This document shows, one piece after another, positions 1-11,221 of a DNA stretch of 32,000 nucleotides. The first letter of the stretch is position 1. Every line of letters starts with the position of its first letter. The translations under genes were made by a program, and so were the position numbers. A model generated the notes under the pieces. It ran no database searches, was not told the origin of the DNA, and was given only the letters and a program-made list of their open reading frames with translations. The stretch comes from Candidatus Saccharimonas aalborgensis. GTDB taxonomy: Bacteria > Patescibacteriota > Saccharimonadia > Saccharimonadales > Saccharimonadaceae. The stretch is taken from positions 690,001-722,000 of the forward strand of contig NC_021219.1 of NCBI RefSeq assembly GCF_000392435.1, read 5' to 3'.

Positions 1-387
1 AATGACATAGTTGTAGGTATGGATGTGGTCACCGTTAGTGAACAAACGCTGCTCGTCATCAGTCAAAACGGGTACGGAAAGATTACAAAAGTGGCAAACT
101 TTCCGAGCCATAAGCGGGGAGGGGTGGGAATAAAAGCCGCTGTTGTAACAAATAAAACGGGACCTATTATCACTGTTCAAACACTAGAAGCAGGAGCGAA
201 TGAAGCACTACTCATTAGTCAGGGTGGACAGACGATCCGTGTTTTGTTAAGTGATATCCCGACACTTGGTCGAACTACACAGGGAGTGCGTATAATGCGC
301 TTGTCCGAAGGGGATGCTGTTTCTTCAATCGGCATTATGCAAGAAACCGAACTGTCTCTCGATGGAGATCAAGAGGAGAAGGGATAA
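1..387 (+). CDS. gyrA: DNA gyrase subunit A, C-terminal end (5' truncated by window)
   Basis: Frame open from base 1 (NDIVVGMDVVTVSEQTLLVISQNGYGKITK...GGQTIRVLLSDIPTLGRTTQGVRIMRL); typical gyrA beta-pinwheel repeats, TAA at 385-387. Confidence 0.95.
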   Translation, partial: NDIVVGMDVVTVSEQTLLVISQNGYGKITKVANFPSHKRGGVGIKAAVVTNKTGPIITVQTLEAGANEALLISQGGQTIRVLLSDIPTLGRTTQGVRIMRLSEGDAVSSIGIMQETELSLDGDQEEKG

Positions 388-393
388 GCCTAT

Positions 394-828
394 ATGGAAC
401 AAGTCATCTCACCATATATACTCGCCATCATCGCTGCATGGGTGCTGGCACATATCATAAAATACGGCATCGCCTGGCTTAAGGGGAAGCAGCTCGATCT
501 AACCCACCAGCTCTTTATCTCAGGTGGTATGCCGAGTTCACATGCTGCTACTTCAGTTGCGGTTTGGACTGTTGTCCTGCTGAAGGAAGGGTACCGCTCG
601 GCGATTTTTGGATTAGCTACGCTGGTGGTACTAATCGTATGCTATGACGCTGTAAAGGTACGGCGTTCAGTTGGTGAACAGGGGAATGCAATCCAAGAGA
701 TCATCAAGAAAACAAATATCAAGGTAAACGTACCTCGTTCAGCTCAAGGTCATACCCCGCTTGAAGTAATCGCAGGGTCTTTGTTGGGCTGCGTTATTGG
801 GGTGCTCGTGTTTGTCTTTACAAAATAA
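394..828 (+). CDS. Divergent PAP2 family / YuiD-like membrane protein
   Basis: 144 aa; SGGMPSSHAATSVA and GHTPLEVIAGSLLG motifs typical of the divergent PAP2 (VanZ/YuiD-like) family. Confidence 0.88.
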   Translation: MEQVISPYILAIIAAWVLAHIIKYGIAWLKGKQLDLTHQLFISGGMPSSHAATSVAVWTVVLLKEGYRSAIFGLATLVVLIVCYDAVKVRRSVGEQGNAIQEIIKKTNIKVNVPRSAQGHTPLEVIAGSLLGCVIGVLVFVFTK

Positions 829-842
829 GATATAAAACACTC

Positions 843-871
843 TTGACGCGATATGCTATCTGCGATATGAT
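843..871 (+). promoter_or_regulatory. Promoter of 16S rRNA
   Basis: TTGACG (843-848), 17 nt, TATGAT (866-871), upstream of 16S. Confidence 0.75.
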
Positions 872-933
872 GGTTTGAGTCTGGTCGTGGGTAAGCGATA
901 AACAACTAATGGAGTTGAACAGATGCGAGAGTT

Positions 934-955
934 ATTTAACAATTTGGTTGTGCAA
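934..955 (+). repeat. Pre-16S processing stem, 5' arm
   Basis: ATTTAACAATTTGGTTGTGCAA is the exact reverse complement of 2671-2692; arms flank 16S. Confidence 0.85.
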
Positions 956-1019
956 TAATCATCGTCAGTCTATTTTGAGTAGACGCTTCTTTTTTATCTG
1001 AGATAAAGCAGAAGCATCT

Positions 1020-2522
<1,503 letters not shown>

Positions 2523-2670
2523 CTAGGGAGAAATATGCCTGGCTATCTTGAGAAATCATGGCCAGAGCTAGGTCGGTCTCGTTAATATGCAGAGCTTACA
2601 TATTAATTTACCCTCGCACGTATGTGCAGGGCGAGACGAAAGTTCATTTTGTTAGACAAAACGATAGATG

Positions 2671-2692
2671 TTGCACAACCAAATTGTTAAAT
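2671..2692 (+). repeat. Pre-16S processing stem, 3' arm
   Basis: TTGCACAACCAAATTGTTAAAT, exact complement of 934-955. Confidence 0.85.
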
Positions 2693-2723
2693 TAAAAAAT
2701 CCCCCATAATAGGGGATTTTTTT
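2693..2723. terminator. Rho-independent terminator after 16S (bidirectional)
   Basis: TAAAAAATCCCC-cataata-GGGGATTTTTTT; A tract and T tract on both sides. Confidence 0.8.
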
Positions 2724-2736
2724 GTGGATAGGTTTC

Positions 2737-2970
2737 CTATCTGTGAAAGAGACCACCAATGAGCATATTGAGAATAAGTGTGTGAAGGTTCAACATCGTT
2801 AAGAGTCCAATCCCACAACCTATAAGCCCCCAAAGTTTATACCGTTCATAGCTACTAACGCCGCTCCCCAAGTTGTCTGCAATCTGTCGATACCAAACTG
2901 TTAGTGCTGCGCCTGCCAACAAAATAAGAAACCCTATGCCGAACCATGTCCAACTAAATTCGTATGTCAT
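2737..2970 (-). CDS. Small membrane protein, two predicted TM helices, unknown function
   Basis: 77 aa, MTYEFSWTWFGIGFLILLAGAALTVWYRQ...YKLWGLIGCGIGLLTMLNLHTLILNMLIGG; extended -10 TGGTATACT 7 nt before ATG; bidirectional terminator downstream. Confidence 0.7.
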   Translation of the reverse strand: MTYEFSWTWFGIGFLILLAGAALTVWYRQIADNLGSGVSSYERYKLWGLIGCGIGLLTMLNLHTLILNMLIGGLFHR

Positions 2971-3037
2971 ATATCATAGTATACCACTTGTCATTTTAGG
3001 TAGTGTACTGTACTATGGACAGAGTTCGTTTCCAAAT

Positions 3038-3114
3038 GGGGGCATAGCTCAGTTGGCTAGAGCACCTGCTTTGCAAGCAGGGGGTCCAGGGTTCGAGTCC
3101 CTGTGCCTCCACCA
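3038..3114 (+). tRNA. tRNA-Ala(TGC), CCA encoded
   Basis: GGGGGCA/TGCCTCC acceptor stem, anticodon loop TTTGCAA, GGTTCGAGTCC T arm, ACCA end. Confidence 0.98.
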
Positions 3115-3244
3115 AGATAAGCGATGAATGATAAAATTGATCGTTTATCTTGGTTCCCTGGAATGAGGAACCACGCACCTAATATATGGGGTGAACCAGG
3201 CTTCGGTCTGGATCACTCCACCAGATTGTTTAACACTGACCTAT

Positions 3245-3321
3245 GGGCGATTAGCTCAGCTGGTTAGAGCGCGTCACTGATAATGACGAGGTCGGAGGTT
3301 CAAGTCCCTCATCGCCCACCA
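3245..3321 (+). tRNA. tRNA-Ile(GAT), CCA encoded
   Basis: GGGCGAT/ATCGCCC acceptor stem, CGTCA-CTGATAA-TGACG anticodon arm, ACCA end. Confidence 0.98.
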
Positions 3322-3352
3322 GTTAGTGTTAATCAGTCATGTACTACGGGAC

Positions 3353-3429
3353 GGGCGCTTAGCTCAGTTGGCTAGAGCATCTCGTTTACACCGAGAGGGT
3401 CGGGGGTTCGAGCCCCTCAGCGCCCACCA
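3353..3429 (+). tRNA. tRNA-Val(TAC), CCA encoded
   Basis: GGGCGCT/AGCGCCC acceptor stem, TCTCG-TTTACAC-CGAGA anticodon arm, ACCA end. Confidence 0.98.
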
Positions 3430-3430
3430 A

Positions 3431-3462
3431 AAGAAATACCCTATCCGAAAGGATGGGGTATT
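3431..3462 (+). terminator. Rho-independent terminator after tRNA-Val
   Basis: AGAAATACCC-tatccgaaaggatg-GGGTATTTCTTTT stem with T tract. Confidence 0.75.
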
Positions 3463-3622
3463 TCTTTTGGTGAGAGTCCTGAAAGGACTTTGAATACCCG
3501 AAGGGGGTTCGGTGGAGCGAGAAAGGAAACTCGTGCTTGCACGTGTCCCTTTCGAGCGGAAGAGCGAATAATGTGAGCGACCCTTGTGTTGGTTTTTAGT
3601 TCCAGGGGTCGCGGAACGTGAC

Positions 3623-3644
3623 CGAGCCCCTCAGCGCCCACCAA
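3623..3644 (+). repeat. Direct repeat: copy of the tRNA-Val 3' end
   Basis: CGAGCCCCTCAGCGCCCACCAA identical to 3409-3430; no matching 5' half nearby. Confidence 0.9.
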
Positions 3645-3711
3645 TCGGCAGTCTAATGTTTAAGTGAATAAGGAGCTAGCCTGAATACGAAGCTTGAGGT
3701 ATCATTCTTTC

Positions 3712-4293
3712 ATGGATACTTTCTATGTAGTTGCCGAGATGACGTATAAGGGTAATGATTTGGGAGTATCTGTCGATACAAACGCGTCAGATGGTAAGCA
3801 ATCAAAAGCTTTTGTAATGATAGCCCTTGGCTTCCTGCTCAGGGTAGGATTAACCTTATCAGGAAAATATCAGAAAGAATATCTGAGGTTCATGGAGGGG
3901 GGAGTACAAGGGGTTCATGATGCCATGGACTATTTTGAGTACCAGTATTGTGCTGTACATAAAATCGATAGGGTAGGGGTTCTAGATGGACGTATAGCCA
4001 GGCCAGACCGAGAGATTAGTTTCTATATGCACGCAATTGAAGGAGGTTCGCACACCACAAAGTATCGCCAAGAAGGGTTCAGGGTTTTTGATAGACGCGT
4101 AGAACTAGACGCGCTTCTAGGGGCGTTATTGTTGGCGGATTATGTTTTTGCTCGACACTCCGAACAACCGTTATTTGCAGAGGATTATGACATCGCAATT
4201 AAATATCTAGCGTCCAATGTGGTACATAATCGATACAAAATGTCTGTCACCGAAGAGTTAAAACTGATCGACGAGATTGCATATGAGTTCTAG
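3712..4293 (+). CDS. Hypothetical protein in 16S-23S interval (TTG start at 3694 possible)
   Basis: ~193-199 aa ORF with plausible composition (MDTFYVVAEMTYKGNDLGVSVDTNASDG...); no family recognised. Confidence 0.65.
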   Translation: MDTFYVVAEMTYKGNDLGVSVDTNASDGKQSKAFVMIALGFLLRVGLTLSGKYQKEYLRFMEGGVQGVHDAMDYFEYQYCAVHKIDRVGVLDGRIARPDREISFYMHAIEGGSHTTKYRQEGFRVFDRRVELDALLGALLLADYVFARHSEQPLFAEDYDIAIKYLASNVVHNRYKMSVTEELKLIDEIAYEF

Positions 4294-4338
4294 TCTGCAT
4301 GTTTTTAGCTATTATCCAGGTATTTTTACAAAAATCCC

Positions 4339-4367
4339 TTGCAATTCTCGCAAAAAGCGAGTACAAT
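4339..4367 (+). promoter_or_regulatory. Separate promoter of 23S rRNA
   Basis: TTGCAA (4339-4344), 17 nt, TACAAT (4362-4367). Confidence 0.7.
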
Positions 4368-4664
4368 AGACCCTTAGTAAGCGAATGTTCATATGAACCT
4401 CTGGCGATTTTGGTACAAAACAATCCGAAACGCGAGAGGATTTTTTATCGCGAAAATCACAACGATATTGCCCTGGACACGGTAGTTGACGGGTGGTACG
4501 ATAGGCTGAGTTACGAAACCACCAACACCTTAAACGCAGACAAAATTACATCAAGCATAAGCACGATGTATAGAAATGTGCGCTTAAGATATGGGAGCAC
4601 GAATCTTAACAATTTGATGATGTAAGAAATGAAAGATTGACGGTAATGATGTGGTTGTGAACAA

Positions 4665-4681
4665 CAATTACTAGTTAAGTC
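4665..4681 (+). repeat. Pre-23S processing stem, 5' arm
   Basis: CAATTACTAGTTAAGTC, exact complement of 7947-7963. Confidence 0.8.
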
Positions 4682-4688
4682 AATGCAT

Positions 4689-7893
<3,205 letters not shown>

Positions 7894-7946
7894 ATGTTCT
7901 TATTTAGTGAAAATTATCGCTTGCGATAGTGACGCTAAATAAGATA

Positions 7947-7963
7947 GACTTAACTAGTAATTG
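7947..7963 (+). repeat. Pre-23S processing stem, 3' arm
   Basis: GACTTAACTAGTAATTG, exact complement of 4665-4681. Confidence 0.8.
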
Positions 7964-8022
7964 GTGTTCATACACCAACGTTCAATCTTTCACAAGTTAC
8001 CGTGTCTATGTCATTGACATCG

Positions 8023-8081
8023 AAATAAGGCTTTTCCCAGGTTGCCCTGCGCTGGAACCTCAGAGGAGCAAAGCCTTATTT
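8023..8081 (+). repeat. 12-bp perfect inverted repeat next to 5S
   Basis: AAATAAGGCTTT (8023-8034) / AAAGCCTTATTT (8070-8081). Confidence 0.85.
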
Positions 8082-8188
8082 CGGTGCCCATGGCGATGAG
8101 GAAATACCTGTTCTCATTCCGAACACAGAAGTCAAGCTCATCAGCGGCGATTATACTGCCACAAGTGGGAAACTAGCACGGTGCCGAA
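8080..8188 (+). rRNA. rrf: 5S ribosomal RNA
   Basis: TTCGGTGCC/GGTGCCGAA helix I, CATTCCGAACACAGAAGTCAAGC core, GTGGGAAACTAG. Confidence 0.93.
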
Positions 8189-8197
8189 TTTTCAAGA

Positions 8198-8221
8198 AGA
8201 CCTCCGAAAGGAGGTTTTTTT
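8198..8221 (+). terminator. Terminator after 5S
   Basis: GACCTCC-gaaa-GGAGGTTTTTTT. Confidence 0.85.
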
Positions 8222-8357
8222 GTAAATTCGCTTCTTTTGGTATTTCTGCTTTTGCGCAGGATAAACCCGACGGCGGATAAAACAAGGAGATGAGCGAAAA
8301 GAAAACTTGTTTTCTTTTCCGAGACGACGCAGTTTTACATCTTTGCAAAGCAAAGGT

Positions 8358-8398
8358 ATTATACTGCCACAAGTGGGAAACTAGCACGGCGCCGAATT
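8358..8398 (+). pseudogene. Partial 5S rRNA duplicate (3' 41 nt only)
   Basis: ATTATACTGCCACAAGTGGGAAACTAGCACGGCGCCGAATT matches 8150-8190 with one mismatch (C at 8390 vs T at 8182). Confidence 0.9.
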
Positions 8399-8408
8399 AT
8401 GCATAAAG

Positions 8409-8430
8409 CCACCCGAAAGGGTGGTTTTTG
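8409..8430 (+). terminator. Terminator after partial 5S duplicate
   Basis: CCACCC-gaaa-GGGTGG followed by TTTTTG. Confidence 0.7.
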
Positions 8431-8544
8431 CGTGGGCCTACTAGAATGCCTGATACCGTCAGAGTGCTAGCATGAAAGACTGTTTCTAAGAGGCTACCGA
8501 GGTGGCGGGATGTTGCAATGGTGTGGTAGGTCAGCAAGGGAGCA

Positions 8545-8573
8545 TTGACTTTATGAGACGTTTATGATAAGAT
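8545..8573 (+). promoter_or_regulatory. Promoter upstream of ORF 8610
   Basis: TTGACT, 17-nt spacer, TAAGAT. Confidence 0.5.
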
Positions 8574-8609
8574 TGAAGTGTAATTTAACTAGGAAATAAA
8601 TATTCAAAT

Positions 8610-9281
8610 ATGTCAACTAACGTAGAGCATCTTCATACTACGCGCTCGTTGTCTTTGAAGCTTGCCGAGGAGCTTCCTCCGTTTGAGGTGGGAGATTTAT
8701 CGGGGTTTCAGAATCGTGCTACATGGGGGACGCTTGAACGTGCTCTTGCTGATCAAGATTGTGAGCAACTTGTTTTGGCTATAGAGGAGTTTAAGAGGCG
8801 CTTGACGGGAGAAGAAAATTCAGTAAAGTGCATGGAGCTCGCAGTGATAATAGCGATGAGTGAAATGTATGAGCAACGAGTCCAGCGCTTGGATCCTAGC
8901 CTGAAATTAATGACTAGCACGGCTGGGGCAATCAACACACTTCGTACCCAAATACTTGATCCAGTCCCTGGCTCTAAAGACGAATCGTATGACTTTGAGC
9001 TGCAAGTACTAGAAGAGCTGTTAAACCACGGTATATCTGCATATATGGCATCGCCTCGAGAAGAACAGAGCCAGTATTCTGCCTACAATCATGATTTATA
9101 TATCTTATCGGGCACAAAAAAGGTTCCTATTTCCGTAAAAATTGGCGGCAAAAGCACTTCTAAATATGCCGGTGGTGTACGATGTATCAGTAAAAAACGG
9201 GTAGCTAGCGACGCAGGAGTGTGGGCTCATTTGCTTAAGCAAATCCCAGAACTCGCGAGTTTCGGTGCCATTGCTAGGTAG
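8610..9281 (+). CDS. Hypothetical protein
   Basis: 223-aa ORF with upstream promoter; MSTNVEHLHTTRSLSLKLAEELPPFEVG...; no confident family. Confidence 0.75.
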   Translation: MSTNVEHLHTTRSLSLKLAEELPPFEVGDLSGFQNRATWGTLERALADQDCEQLVLAIEEFKRRLTGEENSVKCMELAVIIAMSEMYEQRVQRLDPSLKLMTSTAGAINTLRTQILDPVPGSKDESYDFELQVLEELLNHGISAYMASPREEQSQYSAYNHDLYILSGTKKVPISVKIGGKSTSKYAGGVRCISKKRVASDAGVWAHLLKQIPELASFGAIAR

Positions 9282-9300
9282 ACTCGCTATTACCTAGACA

Positions 9301-9329
9301 AATACCCCGACAATCGACGGGGTATTACT
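9301..9329 (+). terminator. Terminator after ORF 8610
   Basis: AATACCCC-gacaatcgac-GGGGTATT. Confidence 0.55.
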
Positions 9330-9485
9330 TGATGGTGGATTCTCGGATCTCGCAGGAAGCGAGAATCCATGTTGTGGTGAACTCGTAGTTTTTTGATCAG
9401 AGTTCAAACAGGTGCCTATATATAATATCGCACAGCAAGCATAAGTGCAACAGTTATTTCACCATAAAAATAATATCTGTAACCA

Positions 9486-9514
9486 TTGACATTTTGTATC
9501 GTTTGTGCTAATAT
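9486..9514 (+). promoter_or_regulatory. Promoter of the KGG-motif gene
   Basis: TTGACA (9486-9491), 17 nt, TAATAT (9509-9514) with TG extension. Confidence 0.75.
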
Positions 9515-9623
9515 AGATACATACACATCTCAGATGTGAGGTAAAGCGAGGGTTTTGGCGCTCCTAATCAGGGGTCGCCGGAGCCCTTATTAATTTGCCC
9601 GTTGGGGCAGGGAGAAGCTTGAA

Positions 9624-9830
9624 ATGGCTGGAACAAAAGCTGGCGGCCTGAAGGCTGCACAAAAGAACCTTGCAAAAGACCCTAATTTTTATGCAAAAAT
9701 TGGTCGCAAGGGTGGTCAGAATGGCCACACTGGTGGTTTTGCTGCAAACCCACAACTCGCTCGTATCGCGGGCGCAAAAGGTGGACGCATTTCACGTCGC
9801 ACAAAAAAGACAGTAGCAACTGAAAAGTAA
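9624..9830 (+). CDS. KGG-motif (GsiB/Con-10-like) small basic protein
   Basis: 68 aa: KIGRKGGQNGHTGGFAANPQLARIAGAKGGRISRRTKK, two KGG repeats; purine-rich GGGAGAAG upstream. Confidence 0.8.
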   Translation: MAGTKAGGLKAAQKNLAKDPNFYAKIGRKGGQNGHTGGFAANPQLARIAGAKGGRISRRTKKTVATEK

Positions 9831-9861
9831 GCCACTGGACAAATAGGAGTCGAAATAGACT

Positions 9862-9891
9862 AAAAAACGTTCGTTAGCGCGAACGTTTTTT
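9862..9891. terminator. Bidirectional terminator between convergent genes
   Basis: AAAAAACGTTCG-ttagcg-CGAACGTTTTTT. Confidence 0.9.
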
Positions 9892-10347
9892 AGTGCTATA
9901 TCGCCTTAGGGCACAGGTTCGCGCTTCATTGACGCGCCATTCATGCTGACAGGCGGCGCAGCGGTAGTGATTTGACGCAGCCTGTAGCCCGGTTGAGTTG
10001 CAGTGAGGACAGAGAGAACGACTATGTAGCCAGTCTCTATAGGTATCAAGTGACTCCTCGATGTCGGAATCATCGATGATGATTTGGTACATATCGGCGA
10101 GCTCTCGGGCTTTGTCCCAGGCGGCTCGTTCCATCTCAAGTAATTGTGTATCAGTCTGGTACCCTTGATGTCCTAGTATCGCATGGCCTACTTCGTGCAA
10201 GAGATACGCGTCACACTTGCGACGCGAGGGGTCGTAGGTGACGGTATGCGTGGAATAATCCCAGCCAAAAGTCGTTCCCTTGGTGAAATTAAGGGGATTA
10301 TCTTTACTGGCTTTGAGCTGCTCTATCAGCCAGGAAGTCTTTGCCAT
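9874..10347 (-). CDS. Putative HExxH zinc metallopeptidase with C-terminal zinc ribbon
   Basis: 157 aa: DAYLLHEVGHAILGHQGY, then CPHCNSTGL...YRCAACQHEW. Confidence 0.8.
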   Translation of the reverse strand: MAKTSWLIEQLKASKDNPLNFTKGTTFGWDYSTHTVTYDPSRRKCDAYLLHEVGHAILGHQGYQTDTQLLEMERAAWDKARELADMYQIIIDDSDIEESLDTYRDWLHSRSLCPHCNSTGLQAASNHYRCAACQHEWRVNEARTCALRRYSTKKRSR

Positions 10348-11140
10348 AATAGTAACATCCGTAAATTACTGCCTGTTCTGGGTGTTGAGCCTGGACAAAC
10401 TTGGGGCAGGGGATATGAGGCGGCAGGTGCTCGCGTAATATATCGACCAGCATATCGCCGTAGCGATCAAAATAGGTTCCGACGCTTCCGCCAATAATAA
10501 CGATGTCCGGCTGAATAATGGGGATAACAGCGAGGAAACCACGGCTAATGCGATCGGAGATCTGATGCCAGGTGCGTTTGCTGGTGATATCTCTTGCATA
10601 TTTTTTGTAGGTCTTGACAATGGCATGGCCGGAGGCAAATGATTCCCACTGCCGGACCTTACCATCATATTCAATCAATGCGTGACCAGCTTCGCTGTTG
10701 CGCAGGCCTGGATCGATACGTCCATTAGTAATAACACCGGTTCCGATACCTGTACTGATGGTGACATAGAGCGAGCAGGTAGGAATCGGGTGTAGGCTCC
10801 GTGTCTCGGCTAGTCCTGCGAGCTTGGCATCATTTTCAATCAATAGCGGTACATCTGGAAGGATATCGTGGAGCATTTTGGCAATGGGTACATCTATCCA
10901 GCCGCTTCCAATATTGGGGCACCATACTGCAACCCCGTCTTTCACGACGCCAGGTAGTGCCAGTATAATCGCATCGACTTTTTTTTGTCCGTATTGTTCA
11001 CGCACAACATTCTTTAAAGTAGTTGCATATTCCTTTGGGTCTGCTGGTGTGGGGTATTTGATCGACTCTCCCATTTTGCCATCACTACCAAATGACGCCA
11101 CAAGAGTTTTTGTCCCACCCGTATCAATTGTTATCAACAT
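10304..11140 (-). CDS. ROK family sugar kinase-like protein
   Basis: MLITIDTGGTKTLVASF, LPLLIENDAKLAGLAE, STGIGTGVITNGRI, PDIVIIGGSVG. Confidence 0.9.
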   Translation of the reverse strand: MLITIDTGGTKTLVASFGSDGKMGESIKYPTPADPKEYATTLKNVVREQYGQKKVDAIILALPGVVKDGVAVWCPNIGSGWIDVPIAKMLHDILPDVPLLIENDAKLAGLAETRSLHPIPTCSLYVTISTGIGTGVITNGRIDPGLRNSEAGHALIEYDGKVRQWESFASGHAIVKTYKKYARDITSKRTWHQISDRISRGFLAVIPIIQPDIVIIGGSVGTYFDRYGDMLVDILREHLPPHIPCPKFVQAQHPEQAVIYGCYYYGKDFLADRAAQSQ

Positions 11141-11166
11141 ATTTCCAGTGTAGCATAAAAAATAAA

Positions 11167-11195
11167 TTGCCTTTTACTCTCAAAGAGGATATAAT
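11167..11195 (+). promoter_or_regulatory. Promoter of the LPxTG-type surface protein
   Basis: TTGCCT, 17 nt, TATAAT (11190-11195). Confidence 0.7.
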
Positions 11196-11221
11196 AATGA
11201 GCAATAACTTGAGAGGTGCAT

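Noticed and set aside
2873-3178. ORFs 2873..3127 (+) and 2996..3178 (-)
   Set aside because: They overlap tRNA-Ala; the familiar 'RSTAFRNGGIAQLARAPALQAGGPGFESL' type translation is a known artefact of tRNA genes.
3431-3462. Possible CRISPR or repeat array near the tRNAs
   Set aside because: No evenly spaced repeats with unique spacers; only the single 22-bp duplication and ordinary hairpins.
3441-3644. Minus-strand ORF of 67 aa
   Set aside because: Covers the terminator and structured spacer and starts in the duplicated tRNA end; no RBS or protein-like pattern.
4299-4625. ORF 4299..4625 (+), 108 aa
   Set aside because: Covers the 23S promoter and pre-23S leader; composition not convincing.
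8151-8387. ORF 8151..8387 (-)
   Set aside because: Antisense to 5S and its duplicate.
9515-9623. Known riboswitch class in the KGG leader
   Set aside because: No recognised conserved core of any common riboswitch; reported only as a structured leader.
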